Assembly: GCF_963921235.1 (NCBI RefSeq)
Contig: NC_086097.1
Span: 189,102,001 to 189,166,000, forward strand
Length of the DNA stretch: 64,000 bases
Direction of reading: 5' to 3'
DNA from: Mobula hypostoma
Taxonomy: Eukaryota
The translations under genes were made by a program, and so were the position numbers. The notes below the pieces were generated by a model. That model did not search any database. It was not told where the DNA came from and was given only the letters and a program-made list of their open reading frames with translations. Below are positions 25,051-38,982 of the stretch, piece by piece; within the stretch, counting starts at the first letter, position 1; every line of letters begins with the position of its first letter.

Positions 25051-25829
25051 TGCAACAGGATGTTATCATAATGAACTGTCTGATGTGAAAGGTTGGCTCA
25101 GTTACTGAGTTACATAATTACAAGTCACAATCAGACTCATTCATCCGATTACAAAGCACACTGAACTCACAGAACAGAGGGACAACAGAGTCCCTTCCAA
25201 ATAACTAAATAAATTATTCTTAGTACAGGTTTGAAAGACTGATAACAAAACCTTTAAACTGGAAAGAGATCTCAGGGATGTTGACAGGAAAACTATGAAA
25301 TAAAATTTGTGTTCAAGGCACATTGATTTCTCTTACCTTCACAGTAGTGAAAAAATTGCGCACATAAACAGTGGAATTCTCAAATCTTTAGCAAGGTAAA
25401 GCATGCTGATTCAACAAGTCCATTATAAAATGACATGCAAGGAAATGATGCGCTGAACGGCCTCCTTCTGTGCCATAATAATAAGTAAACTCAAGCTTGC
25501 CTTAGGGGTGTTACTGTCAATGCAATAGAGGGGAAGGAAAATGCTAAGGATTTCCACATCTGCTTTTGATTCAGTGAGCCCCTGACAGAAATATCACTCA
25601 TCTTCATCACTGATAGGAATCCACCCAGTGGTGGTACCCGTCAGATCAATAATTTGAGTCTTATCAACCCAGTGATAAACTCACATTATTGCATTTTGCA
25701 TTTGATCCAATTTTATTTCAATTAATTCATTAACTATCAGATGAGATGAGGAGGGAGATTATCAATGAACTTCCTGCAAGATGTTCTTTTGCTGAACTCT
25801 GGCAAGATTTTAATTAACCCAGTTTCTAT

Positions 25830-26796
25830 GGGTGTGCCAATTGATAATATATGGTCAGAGAAATTGCCATTACTGAAACCCAGTTGAGAGAGGGGAAGGA
25901 ATGAATGATTAATGTACCAGGTTTTTGAAATTTTAGAAGAAATAGAGAAGGAGGTAAAATGGGGTAGGGGTGGGGGGGGTAGTTACACCTCTATCTGGAG
26001 AGAATATCAGAGCAGCCCTCAGGGAGATGTAATGGAGGGGTCAGACAGTGAGTCCATTTGTGTAGAACTCAGGAATAGGAAGGGTGCAATCACATTGATG
26101 GGATTATACTATAGACTCCCTCCCCAGTAGCTGCCAAGAATCAAATTAAGAAAATATGTAAAAATAATAGGGTTGTTGTCATGGGGGATTTCAACTTCCC
26201 TAATATAAACTGGGACTTTCTTATTGCAAGAGGTTTAGATGGGGCAGAATTTGTTAAGTACCCAGGAAGGTTTCTTAATCAATCTGTGCATGGTCCAATG
26301 ACAGAAGGGGCCATATTAGACCTGGTGTTGGGTAATGAGCCTGGCCAGATGACTGACCCTTGATGGGTGAGAAGTCAGAAAACAGTGACCACAACTCTTT
26401 AACTTTCAGGATAGCTATAGATAAGGATAGGTAAGGTCCTTGCGGGAGAGTTTTAAATTGGTGTAGGGCAAATTATGAGGGCATTAGGCAGGAACTAAGA
26501 GGAGTTAACTGCGAACACCTTTTCTCTGGCATGTTCACATCAGTTTTGCAGGGGGTGTTTAAAGATCAATTTTACAGAGTACAGGAAATATATGTTTCCG
26601 TTAGAAGGAAGGACAGAGGTGGAAAGATAAGAGAACATTGTATGTCCAGAGGGGTGATGAATTTAGTCAAGAAAAAAAAGGAAAAATATGTAAAGCTTCC
26701 GAAGTAAAGATCAAACAAAGCACGTGAAACTTACAAAGAAGCCAGAAACAAACTGAAGAAGGGAACTAGGAAAGCCAGGAGGGACCATGGAAAGTC
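25830..26796 (+). mobile_element. Old CR1 ORF2, 5' part; continues at 30303-32130
   Basis: VELRNRKGAITLMGLYYR, MGDFNFPNINW, AILDLVLGNEPG. Confidence 0.85.
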
Positions 26797-29700
26797 AATA
26801 GACAATAGACAATAGGTGCAGGAGCAGGCTATTCGGCCCTTCGAGCCAGCACCACCATACACTGTGATCATGGCTGATCATCCACAATCAGTATCCAGTT
26901 CCTGCCTTATCCCCATAACCTTTGATTCCGCTATCTTTAAGAGCTCTATCCATCTCTTTCTTGAAAGCATCCAGAGACTTGGCCTCCACTGCCTTCTGGG
27001 GCAGAGCATTCCATATATCCACCACTCTCTGGGTGAAAAAGTTTTTCCTCAACTCCATTCTAAATGGCCTACCCCTTATTCTTAAACTGTGGCCTCTGGT
27101 TCTGGATTCACCCGTCAGCGGGAACATGTTTCCTGCATCTAGCGTCTCCAATCCCTTATATGTTTCAATAAGATCCCCTCTCAGCCTTCTAAATTCCAGA
27201 GTATACAAGCCCAGTTGCTCCAATCTTTCGACATATGACAGTCCCGCCATCCCGGGAATTAACCTTGTGAACCTATGCTGCAAACCCTCAATAGCAAGAT
27301 TCTCCTTCCTCAAATTTGGAGACCAAAACTGCACACAGTACTCCAGGTGTGGTCTCACCAGGGCCCTGTACAGCTGCAGAAGGACCTCTTTGCTCTTATA
27401 CTCAATTCCCCTTGTTATGAAGGCCAGCATGCCATTAGCTTTCTCCACTGCCTGCTGTATTTGCATGCTTGCTTTCAGTGACTGATGTACAAGAACACCT
27501 AGATCTCGTTGTACTTCCCCTTTTCCCAACTTGACTCCATTTAGATAATAGTCTGCCTTCCTGTTCTTACCACTAAAATGGATAACCTCACATTTATCCA
27601 CATTAAACTGCATCTGCCATGCATTTGCCCACTCAGCCAGCCTGTCCAAGTCACCCTGCATTCTCATAACATCCTCCTCACATTTCACATTGCCACCCAG
27701 CTTTGTGTCATCGGCAAATTTGCTAATGTTACTTTTAATTCCCTCATCTAAATCATTAATATATATTGTAAACAGCTGCGGTCCCAGCACCGAACCCTGC
27801 GGTACCACACTGGTCACCACCTACCATTCCGAAAGGGAGCCGTTAATCGCTACTCTTTGTTTTCTGTCAGCCAGCCAATTTTCAATCCATGTCAGTACTC
27901 TGCCCCCAATACCATCTGCCCTAATTTTGCCCACTAATCTCCTATGTGGGACTTTATCAAAGGCTTTCTGAAAGTCCAGGTACACTACATCCACTGGCTC
28001 TCCCTTGTCCATTTTCATAGTTACATCCTCAAAAAATTCCAGAAGATTAATCAAGCACGATTTCCCCTTTGTAAATCCATGCTGACTCGGACCAATCCTG
28101 TTTCTGCTATCCAGATGTGTCGTAATTTCATCTTTTATAATTGACTCCAGCATCTTTCCCACCACCAACGTCAGGCTAACTGGTTTATAATTCTCTGTTT
28201 TCTCTCTTCCTCCCTTCTTGAAGAGAGGGACAACATTAGCCACCCTCCAATCCACAGGAACTGATTCTGAATCTATAGAACATTGGAAAATGATTACCAA
28301 TGCATCCACGATTTCTAAAGCCACCTCCTTAAGTACCCTGGGATGCAGGCCATCAGGTCCCGGGGACTTATCAGCCTTCAGACCCAACAGTCTATCCAAC
28401 ACCATTTCCCGCCTAATATAAATTTCCTTCAGTTCATCCATTACCCTGGGTCCTTTGGCCACTATTATATCTGGGAGATTGTTTGTGTCTTCCCTAGTGA
28501 AGACAGATGCAAAGTACCTGTTCAACTCGTCTGCCATTTCCTTGTTCCCCATAATAAATTCACCCATTTCTGTCTCCAAAGGCCCAATTTTGGTCTTAAC
28601 TATTTTTTTCCTTTTCACATCAGAAGCTTTTACTATCCTCCTTTATATTCTTGGCTAATTTACCTTCGTGCCTCATTTTTTCTCCGCATATTGCCTTTTT
28701 AGTTACCTTCTGTTGCTCTTTAAAAGTTTCCCAATCCTCTGGCTTCCCACTCGTCTTTGCTATGTTATACTTCTTCTCTTTATTTTTATACTGTCCATTA
28801 CTTCCCTTGTCAGCCACGGCCTCCCCTTACTCCCCTTAAGATCTTTCTTCCTCTTTGGAAAGAACTGATCCTGCACCTTCCGCATTATTCCCAGAAACAC
28901 TTGCCATTGCTGTTCCACTGTCATCCCTGCTAGGGTATTTTTCCATTGAACTTTGGCCAGCTCATCCCTCATAGCATCATTGTTCTCTTTGTTCAACTGA
29001 CACTTCCGAGTTTCCCTTTTCCCTCTCAAACTGTAGATTAAAACTTAACATATTATGGTCACTACCTCCTAATGGTTCCTTTACCTCGAGGTCCCTGATC
29101 AAATCCGGTTCATTGCACAACACTAAATCTAGAATTGCGTTCTCTCTGGTAGGCTCCAGTACAAGCTGTTCTAAGAATCCATCTCGGAGGGACTCCACAA
29201 ACTCCCTTTCTTGGGGTCCAGTACCAACCTGATTCCTCCAGTCTACCTGCATGTTGAAATCCCCCATAACAACTGTAGCATTACCTTTGTGACATGCCGA
29301 TTTTAAATCTTGATTCAACTTAAACCCGACATCCAGACTACTGTTTGGGGGCCTGTAGATAACTCTCATTAGGGTCTTTCTACCCTTAGAATTTCTCAGT
29401 TCTATCCATACTGACTCTACATCTCCTGATTTTATGTCCCCCCTGGCAAGGGACTGAATATCATTTTTCACCAACAGAGCCACCCCACCCCCTCTGCCCA
29501 TCAGTCTGTCCTTTTGATAGGACGTATACTCTTGAATATTCATTTGCCAAGCCCTGTCCACTTGAAGCCATGTCTCTGTTATTCCCACAACATCATATTT
29601 ACCAATTTACAACTGTGCCCCAAGCTCTTCTACTTTATTTCCTATACTCCGTGCATTCATATATAATACTTTTAATTCATTACTCCCCTCACCTCCCACA

Positions 29701-30302
29701 TCAATTTCTATTTCACTTGGCCATACTGTACGATCCCTTCTTGAGCTTTCTGCTCTGTTGATTCTGCTGTCATTCTTAACTTTTCTTATTCTCATTTTCC
29801 CTTTATCTCCATCCTTATGTTTCCAGTTCGTCCCTTCACCCAGACTACTTAGTTTAAACACACCCGTGTTGCAGAGGCAAACCTGCCTGCCAGAATGCTG
29901 GTGCCCTGCTTATTAAGGTGCAACTCATCCCTTTTGTACAATTCATCCTTACTCCAAAACATACCCCAGTGGTCCAAGAATACAAATCCTTGCTTCCTGC
30001 ACCTGTTCCTCAGCCACACATTCAGTTCCATTATCTCCCTGTTCTTGCCCACTCCAGCACGAGGGACTGGAAGCAAACCGGAGATAACCAGCCTGGAAGT
30101 CCTGCTTTTCAGCCTTCTTCCGAGTTCTCTGAAGTCACGCTGTGGAATGTCTTTCCTCTTCTTCCCCACGTCATTTGTGCCGACATGCACCACCACTTCC
30201 GGATGTTCACCTTCACTCTTGAGGATTCCCTGCAATTGGTCCATGACATCCTGGATCCCGGCACCAGGGAGGCAACACATTATTCTTAAATCTCACCTGT
30301 TG
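26797..30302 (-). mobile_element. Relatively young CR1: ORF1 esterase half, ORF2 with a few frameshifts, 3' UTR, (CTATTGT)n tail
   Basis: ORFs 29849-30280 (esterase), 28977-29588 (endonuclease), 27821-28618 and 26888-27820 ([15 protein letters not shown]). Tail AATAGACAATAGACAATAG at 26797-26815. Confidence 0.95.
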
Positions 30303-32130
30303 CCTTTGAATATAAGATGAAGGTGAATCCTAAGGCATTCTATACATACATCAAAGAGCAAGAAAATAACTAGGGAGAGGGTGAGACCACTCAATGATAT
30401 AGGGGGAAATATTTGCTTTGATGCAGAGAATGTGAGTGCAGTAGTTTGCTTCAGTATTTACCAAAGAAAAGGATATGGAGGACCAGGAGATTAGTACTGA
30501 GAGTATAAATATATTAGGGTGATTAGCGGTCCAGGAGGAGAAAGTCTTGGGTCTCCAAATGAGTACTAAGGTGGATAGTCTCCCAGGGCCTGATAGAATT
30601 TACCCCAAGTATTTGGAGTAATCATGAGATGAGATTGCTGGGGCCTTGACCACTATCTTCATGTCCTCTCTAGCCACACGCAATGTCTTGGAGGACTGGT
30701 GAGTGGCTAATATTTTACCTCTATTTAAGAAGGAAACAAGGGAAAATCCTGGGAACTATAGACTAGTGAGTCTCACGTCAGGTGTAGGGAAATTCCTGGA
30801 GAAAATTCTTAGAAATAGAATATATGAGTATTTAGAAACCCATGGCCTAATTAGGGAGGGAGAGCCAGCATAGCTTTGAGCGTGGCAGGTTGTGTCTAAC
30901 CAACTTGATTGAGGTTTTTGACAAGGTGATGAGAGAGATTGATGAGGGTAGGGCAGTGTATGTTGTCTACATGGATTTTAGTGAAATGTTTGACAAAGTA
31001 CCTCATGGGAGGCTAATCCAGAAGATTAAGCTGCATGGAGTCTGTGGCGAATTGGCTGTTTGGATTCCGAACTGGCTTGCGCATAGAGGACAGTGGGTAA
31101 TGGGACTTATTCGAGCTCTCCAGTGTCATTAGTGGAGTTCCACAGGGATCTGTGCTGGGACCTCTGCTGTTTGAGATGTATATTAATGACCTGCATGAAA
31201 ATGTAGATGGGTGTGTTCGTAAGTTTTTCAGGGTGATACCAAGATTGGTGGAGCTGTGGATAGTGTAGAACACTGGTAAAGAATAGAGCACAATATAGAT
31301 AGATACAGAAAAGGACAGATAAATAGCAGAAGGAGTTTAACCCAGATACTGTAAATGTGAGGTTCTGCACCTTGGTAGGGCAAATGCAAAGAGACAGTAC
31401 ACTGTCTCCTTAACAGGGTTGTTAAGGGCAAGATCCTCAACAGTGTTGTTGAGCAAAGAGATCTTGGGATCCAAGTTCTTAGCACCTTGAAAGTGGCTAT
31501 ACAGGTCAATAAGGTGGTTATGAAGGCTTATGGAACGTTTGCTTTTATTAGTTGAGGCACTGAGTTCAAAAGTCAAGAAGTTATGTTGCAACTTCATAAA
31601 ACTCTGATCCTGCCACACCTGGAATGTTGCTTACAGTTCAGGTCATCCCTCTAGAGGAAGAAAGTTGAGGCTTTGGAAAGGATGCAAAACAGTTTACTGG
31701 CTCGCTGCCTTGTTTGGAGAACATGTGCTATTACGTGAAGCTGGATAAACTTTGGTTGTTTTCTCTGGAGTGCCAGAGGCTAAGGGGAGATCTGATAGAG
31801 ATTTATAAGATTATGAGAGGCATAGGGAGTTTTTGTTTCCCAGAGTTAAATGTCTAATACCAGATGGCATACATTGAAGGTGAGGGATAAATTTTTATTC
31901 AGAGTCATGGATGCCTGGAGTGCGCTGCCCGGTATGTTGGTAGAGGCAAACACATAGCGGCTTTTAACAGATTCTTGGATAGGCACATAGATATAAGGAA
32001 GGTGGAGGGATATGGACATTGTGTAGGTAGTGATTAGTGTTTGAGTGCTTTTGATTTGTTATTTAGCTGGTTCAGCACAACATTGTGGGCTGAATGGCTT
32101 GTTCTTCTGCTGTACTGTTCTACGTTCTAC
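30303..32130 (+). mobile_element. Old CR1 ORF2, 3' part and 3' UTR (host of the 26797-30302 insertion)
   Basis: Resumes at KVNPKAFYTYI; CLTNLIEVF..MDFSEMFDKVPH; 3' end TGTGGGCTGAATGGC..TGTTCTACGTTCTA. Confidence 0.85.
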
Positions 32131-33611
32131 AAATGTGAACCGAATGTGCACCAATTATCAATCTGCATTCCCTCCAACGTGAACTAATAAATGAAAGTAA
32201 AATAAAGAGGCAAGCAAGTCAGGTTCTAATACATTTATTGCCACATGGCTTACCCAATACATACTGTTTAGACTCACACATGATTTAATTCAGAAAGGCA
32301 TTGGCAAGCTGCCAATGCTCATACAACTACATCCTATAAAATATTTATCCTGGAAAGAAAAAAGCATATGTATCTCCAAAATCACAACAGCAAGTAATTA
32401 ATTATTATCTGTAGCTGAGTGTCATTGTGAAATACTTTAAAAATGAAACGTACATCATGGTAATGTTAGATAATGGAAAGGAACATCACGTGCAGTGTTA
32501 AACAACCACAAAACCATCCACCCATGCACATTATTTCATTACTATTTCACTTTTTGATGTGCGCAGTAGGCGAACATCAATTGAACATTCAAGACCAGCA
32601 TGGAATTCAGGATTTCACATTGCTTGCTGATCCCTCTACATCAGTAAAATTCAAAACTGTGCAATGAATTATACCTACTGTGGGCCGAGAACAAACGGCA
32701 GTACAATAAGTGATTCACTTGTGTTTTGTAATAAGGCTTTTCATTAGATGGCAATACTCTTCAGCTAAAAGCTGTGACAAATTGTTTTATTTAAGTAGTG
32801 AAGTTCTGAAAGTAGTAAGAGCATGATTTGAAATTTTATCATTTTTCATTCCTAATGAATGAAGTATTTGACAAATTACTCTAGAAGTCTTAAGCTGATT
32901 TCCATTCCCTTGTTTACTTCTCACTATATATAGTGGGTGTAGTGTCTGCCAGCTCCTGTAGTATGTGGTAATGTTTAAAAGCTTATGCATTGATCTTTTA
33001 TGTGCCAGTCCATTGTGTATTAAAGTAGAGATTTTAATACCTAACTTAAAACTGAAGAGGTCAGCTTTCTATTCTATTGTTTAAGACAACAGTATGCTCT
33101 AAGTAATTTTTCTGATCCTTTCCCTCTGAGTTCAGCCAGAGCTGTCCCAGTGGACAAAACTAAAGATTTGGAACAAGTAAGAAAGACATTTGGCAATGCA
33201 ATGTGAAAGGTGGGGTGTGTTTAAAAAAAACAGGGTGTTGGTAAATGAAAAAAAGCTCAATTTTCCTTATCTGATCTTTAAAACACTGCATCAAAGACCT
33301 GGATCTAACATATTGATTCTCCAGACAATAGCAACCTCTGAGCCTGTCCAGCTGGCTGAATTAAGTTCTGTCCTTGTTACCCCTGACTGCACTCTGGAGT
33401 TGCACACAGCACTTGGAAGGCCTCCTCTCTTTTAGTAGTTCAATGTAAGCACCTCCTGGAGCCTCCAAGTTATGCTTCAGTGCTGTCCATTTAAATAGAG
33501 ACAAATTGCATCAGCGTGCCATGTACCAGAACATCATGCACATCTCGGAGCTGCAAAATGCAAAGGTCAAAATTTCTCAGCCCAATCAAACTGAAACCAG
33601 AGAAATCAAAT

Positions 33612-35662
33612 TGACCTCTACCTTGCTGAGGCACAGCGACAACTCGCGGATACCTCCTCTTATTTACCCCTCCATCGTGACCCCACTAAAGAGCACCAGG
33701 CCATTGTCTCCCACACCATCACCGACTTTATCCGCTCAGGGGATCTCCCATCCACTGCTACCAAACTTATAGTTCCCACACCCCGCACTTCCCGTTTCTA
33801 CCTCCTACCCAAGATCCACAAACCTGCCTGTCCTGGTAAACCTATTGTCTCAGCTTGCTCCTGCCCCACCAAACTCATTTCTGTATATCTCAACACGGTT
33901 TTATCCCCTACTGTTCAATCCCTTCCTACCTATGTTCGTGATAATTCTCACGCTCTGAAACTTTTTGATGACTTTAAGTTCCCTGGCCCCCACCACTTTA
34001 TTTTCATCATGGATGTCCAGTTCCTTTATACTTCCATCTCCCATCAGGAAGGTCTCAAAGCTCTCCGCTTCTTTTTGGATTAGAGACCTAACCAGTTCCC
34101 CTCTACCACCTCTCTGCTCCGTCTAGCGGAATTAGTCTTTACTCTTAATAATTTCTCCATTGGCTCCTCCCACTTCCTCCAAACTAAAGGTGTAGCTATG
34201 GGCACCTGTATGGGTCCTAGCTATGCCTGCCTTTTTGTTGGCTTTGTAGAACAATCTATGTTCCAAACCTATTCTGGTATCTGTCCCCAACTTTTCCTTC
34301 ACTACATAGACGACTGCATTGGTGCTGCTTCCTGCACGCATGCTGAGCTCGTTGACTTCATTAACTTTGCCTCCAACTTTCACCCTGCCCTCAAGTTTAC
34401 CTGGTCCATTTCTGACACTTCCCTCCCCTTTCTAGATCTTTCTGTCTCTATCTCTGGAGACAGCTCACTTACTGATGTCCACTATAAGCCTACGGACTCT
34501 CACAGCTATCTGGACTATTCCTCTTCTCACCCTGTCTCTTGCAAAAATGCCATCCCCTTCTCGCAATTCCTCCATCTCCGCCGCATCTGCTCTCAGGATG
34601 AGGCTTTTCATTCCAGGACGAGGGAGATGTCCTTCTTTTTTAAAGAAAGGGGCTTCCCTTCCTCCACCATCAACTCTGCTCGCAAACACGTCTCCCCCAT
34701 TTCATGCACATCTGCTCTCACTCCATCCTCCCGCCACCCCATTAGGAATAGGGTTCCCCTTGTCCTAACCTACCATCCCACTAGCCTCTAGGTCCAATAT
34801 ATAATTCTCCGTAACTTCCGCCACCTCCAACGGGATCCCACCACTAAGCACATCTTTCCCTCCCCCCTCTCTCTGCTTTCCACAGGGATCGCTCCCTACG
34901 CGACTCCCTTGTCCATTCATCCCCCCCATCCCTCCCCACCGATCTCCCTCCTGGCACTTATCCTTGTAAGCGGAACAAGTGCTACACATGCCCTTACACT
35001 TCCTCCCTTACCACCATTCAGGGCCCCAGACTGTCCTTCCAGGTGAGGCGACACTTCACCTGTGAGTCGGCTGGGGTGATATACTGCGTCCGGTGCTCCC
35101 GATGTGGCCTTTTATATATTGGCAAGACCCGACGCAGACTGGGAGATCGTTTCACTGAACACCTATGCTCTGCCCGCCAGAGAAAGCAGGATCTCCCAGT
35201 GGCTACACATTTTAATTCCACGTCCCATTCCCATTCTGATATGTCTATCCACGGCCTCCTCTACTGTAAAGGTGAAGCCACATTCAGGTTGGAGGAACAA
35301 CACCTTATATTCCATCTGGGTAGCCTCCAACCTGACGGCATGAACATTGACATCTCAAACTTCCGCTAATGCCGCACCTCCCCCTCGTACCCCATCTGTT
35401 ATTTATTTATATACACACACACACACACACACTCTTTTTCTCTCTCTCCTTTTTCTCCCTCCGTCCCTCTCACTATACCCCTTGCCCATCCTCTGGGCTT
35501 TTTCCCCCCCTCCCCCTTTTCCTTCTCCCTGGGCCTCCTGTCCCATGATCCTCTCGTATCCCCTTTTGCCAATCACCTGTCCAGCTCTTGGCTCCATCCC
35601 TCCCCCTCCTGTCTTCTCCTGTCATTTTGGATCTCCCCCTCATCCTCCCACTTTCAAATCTC
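33612..35662 (+). mobile_element. Penelope-like element (Neptune-like), 5'-truncated: RT, Cys linker, GIY-YIG, partial pLTR
   Basis: MGTCMGPSYA, YIDD, LPFLD, YKPTD (34198-34791); VIYCVRCSRCGLLYIGKT..RFTEH..HFN (35043-35369). Stops and frameshifts present. Confidence 0.95.
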
Positions 35663-36205
35663 CACATTGGGAGCATAGGACACAATAGACGACCCCAGCA
35701 GATTCTCTGGTGACGTGTCGCTTTACCTGGAAGGACTGCTTGGGGGCCTGAATGGAGACGAGGGAGAAGGTGAATGGACGGGTGTAGCACTTAGGCCACT
35801 TGCAGGGATAAGTGCCGGGATGGAGATTAGTGTGTAGGCATGAATGGTCAAGGGAATCATGGTGGGAGTGATCCATGTGGAAAGCAGAAGTAAATATATA
35901 CAGTCAGTCTTGACGAAGGGTCTCGGCCTGAAACGTCGACTGTGCCTCTTCCTAGAGATGCTGCCTGGCCTGCTGCGTTCACCAGCAACTTTGATATGTG
36001 CTGCTTGAATATACGTTTAGTGGTAGGATCCCTTTGGACATGTCAGAAGTTGCAAAGAATGATGTGTTAGATGCAGGGGCTCATGGGATGGTAGGTAAGG
36101 ACAAGAGGAAATCTATACTGTTAAGATGGTGGGAAGATGGGGTGAGCGCAGGTGTTTGGGAAATGGAGGAGATGTGGATAGGGCAGTATCAATAGTGGAG
36201 GAACA
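35663..36205 (-). mobile_element. Older PLE fragment (RT end, linker, GIY-YIG start), interrupted at 35902-36008
   Basis: ORF 35640-35876 reads PGTYPCKWPKCYT..SFQVK..GVVYCVLCSQCG; the sequence continues at 36009. Confidence 0.85.
35905..35942 (+). ncRNA. Minimal hammerhead ribozyme, C3-to-U core variant, in a 107-bp pLTR piece (35902-36008)
   Basis: cagtc TTGACGA a gggt-ctcg-gcct GAAA CG TC gactg. Confidence 0.7.
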
Positions 36206-36694
36206 AAATTCTGTAGAGGTCTTCAAAAGAAATGTAAACAAGATGGGCAAGACACTAACACAAGGATATGTGTCATATAGAAATTTAATATTTTCTTTTC
36301 TTTCAGTGAATTCCTGTGATTTGTCTGTCAACATGAGTTACTAAACAACAGATTCATAGCAACCAATTACAAGGGTCCAATTCAATGAATCAGCCAATAC
36401 ATGGCTTATAACAACCAACAGGTGAAAGAAGGTACAATCAGAAAATCAAAGATGGGAACACTGGGGCAGGTGGGCAGCCTTGGTGGTGGGGACATGATGG
36501 GGTGAAGTGGTGAGTTGTTGTGGTGGAAATGAGAAGAATGATTGCTTCATCAATCAAATTGTCATTAATGTAATTTTGTATTGGAAAGGAATTTTCAGAG
36601 AAAAGTTTAGCAACTTGTGGGGAAATAGTGGAAGGGATTGATCACCTGAACACAAAATATATTGGCTTCTGAGTAATCGTTGAGGTGCAGCTAT

Positions 36695-36975
36695 CATCAG
36701 GCAGAAGGTACAGAAGCCTAGGTCTCACACCACCAGGCTCAAGAACAGCTACCTCCCTTCAAATATTCAGTTGCTGTTAAAAAGAAGCAAAACTCTAATC
36801 ACTGGAGTTTAGCAGCACTATATCCACTTCAACCATGTTGGACTAAAATGGACTTTGTTTTGCTCTAATTGTGTCTTCTTGTAAAAATTGTGTGTAATTT
36901 ATGTTTTTCTGATGTATATGAGCGCATGTGCCTATGTGATGCCACAAGTAAGTTTTTCTTTGTGCCTGTGCGTAT
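36695..36975 (+). mobile_element. Rex1/L2-like LINE 3' fragment, old
   Basis: CATCAGGCAGAAGGTACAGAAGCC..ACCACCAGGCTCAAGAACAGCTAC (SGRRYRS..TTRLKNSY). Confidence 0.6.
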
Positions 36976-37084
36976 AGCACGGCGGAGCACGGAAGCAATT
37001 AAGGGAGATCAGTCTCTATGAAAGTAGAACATATCATTGTCCCCAATCTTTTTCTTAATCTCACTGAAGACCAGTCTACAACGA

Positions 37085-37330
37085 GTTGGTGTCATTGACC
37101 CAACTTTTGTCAGCCCTTCTTGCCACAGTATTATATATCACCTCCAACAAAAATTGGCAGGAATGGAGCTAATTTTCTGAACTAATGGGAACCTGTTCAA
37201 CACTCAGCAACTACACTCCAGAACTGAGGTTATGCAAATTTCAGTAGTCAAGATATAGTGTGCAGAGGATACTTGTATTTTCGTGCACTCAGGATGAGAT
37301 CGAAGCCATTGATGATGCTTGTTTTGCAGC
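37085..37330 (+). mobile_element. RTE-clade LINE RT fragment, very decayed
   Basis: Degenerate G(M)ELIF*TNGNLFN..RTEV..SVV..(Y)AEDTC..AHS-like reading, resembling the RTE/BovB region before YADD. Confidence 0.5.
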
Positions 37331-38982
37331 TTTTGAGTGACCAGTTCTTGCACTCAGAATGTGTGAGTGCACTCTGCCACTGAAGTAACTATGCTGTCCA
37401 GAGATGGTGCTCTAACGTGCTAGAACGGAGGCAAGGCACTCGATGTGTGTCAGAAAGTTGGGGCACATCTACTCCATAGTCAAACTGATCCCGCAGCATT
37501 CTGAAGTTCTGAAGGATTATTTTTTGCATTGATAATTTTTATATATATATCTCAATGGTTTTAAATCCTGATACCTGAGAGTCACTTTCCCAATCAGCTC
37601 AGCTAGTTGAGAATTTAATCACAATTGGCACCTGTTGATACTAAGGTAAATCTGAAAAACAATAAAGAAAGACTGAGCTCATGTTGGGATTTTCATGCAC
37701 TCTGTGACCATAATCACAGCAACACACAGACACTGAACAATATTTGAGACTCACACTCAAAAGTCACTCCCTGAGGTCAGTAAAATGATTCCCCTGAAGC
37801 CTTAACAAAATAAAAATCACCATCATTCACTGACTCAAATATTTCAGTTTTTCTGGCAGGTTGTAGGTGCTTTGGAGTGGATTTCAAGCCATGTCAATTA
37901 TTAGCATGGGTGGTGGACCTTTCTGCAGGCGGCCCATATAACAATTCACCTGCAATGTTAATGCTTTCTCTGCCACCTCAGCACCAGCTAACCCTGAATG
38001 GTCAGTGGCAAATTCTGGGGTAGGTAAATCGAACACAATTTGTACAAATATTTATATTTCTCTCAATGATCCCTCAATGAAAACTTTTTCCATTTTGTAA
38101 ACGTGTATTCTCTTCTAGCATTGTTATCTCTCTTCCATCAAGGACTTCTGGAAAATCTGTGCCACCACAGTGTAGTCCCCCCCTTCTCTATTCAGGTGAT
38201 TATAAACTAGTTGTGTTTGGTTGAAATCCTAACCGTTTCACTCTTTTAGGGACTGGCATTAAGTCAGAAGCAGAGGGTGCTTGGACATCAACAAAGGCAT
38301 AAATGTATAATCTTTGAGCCTTTAGGGTGATTGAAGTTATAATGTGGGTCCAGAAAGGTAATTAATACTTTAAAAGTCACACTCCCTTTAACTTTCTTAT
38401 CAAGCTTGCTTAGCTTGTGCATGCCAAGTTGAGTTCAAAAATTTCTCAAGTAAAATCAATACGTGGCATAGAAAAGAGGCACAGATCTGCCTGGAGTACC
38501 AGGAACATTCAGATAAAAAACCTTTTGGTTTGCATAAGTTAATATGCAACATGAAATGTAAATGGTATCCTATCATAAGTTAATAAGTTAGCTCTTTTGA
38601 GCAACTGTAGAAACAGAATTTTGTGCACGAAATTCATACACAGTTTATTTAAAATTTTACTTTGTTTAAGTTGTAAGATGTGCCTGGTTTCGCTATGACC
38701 ATATCATATTTAAATAATGCTATACAACCATTAACCAAGGTGGAATATATGTACACAACTGCAGACCAAAAGAGGGTGTAAAATAGAAATCACTAACACC
38801 AAAAGGCCCTCAGGTAATTATCCAGAATCATGAAAATGATTCTGAATTTAGTCTTGACTTCCAGGAAAATTAGCCAAAGGTATTTGATTTGTTTTGGATG
38901 AGGAACATAGAAATGCTTGTATCAATGATGGGAAAATGTTAAGTTGATTGGTTGGTAAGGATTCTTCCTCTTAGATCAGTTA

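Noticed and set aside
26922..27485. Long antisense ORFs (also 4903-5304, 7381-7743, 29895-30320)
   Set aside because: Shadows of LINE coding frames on the opposite strand.
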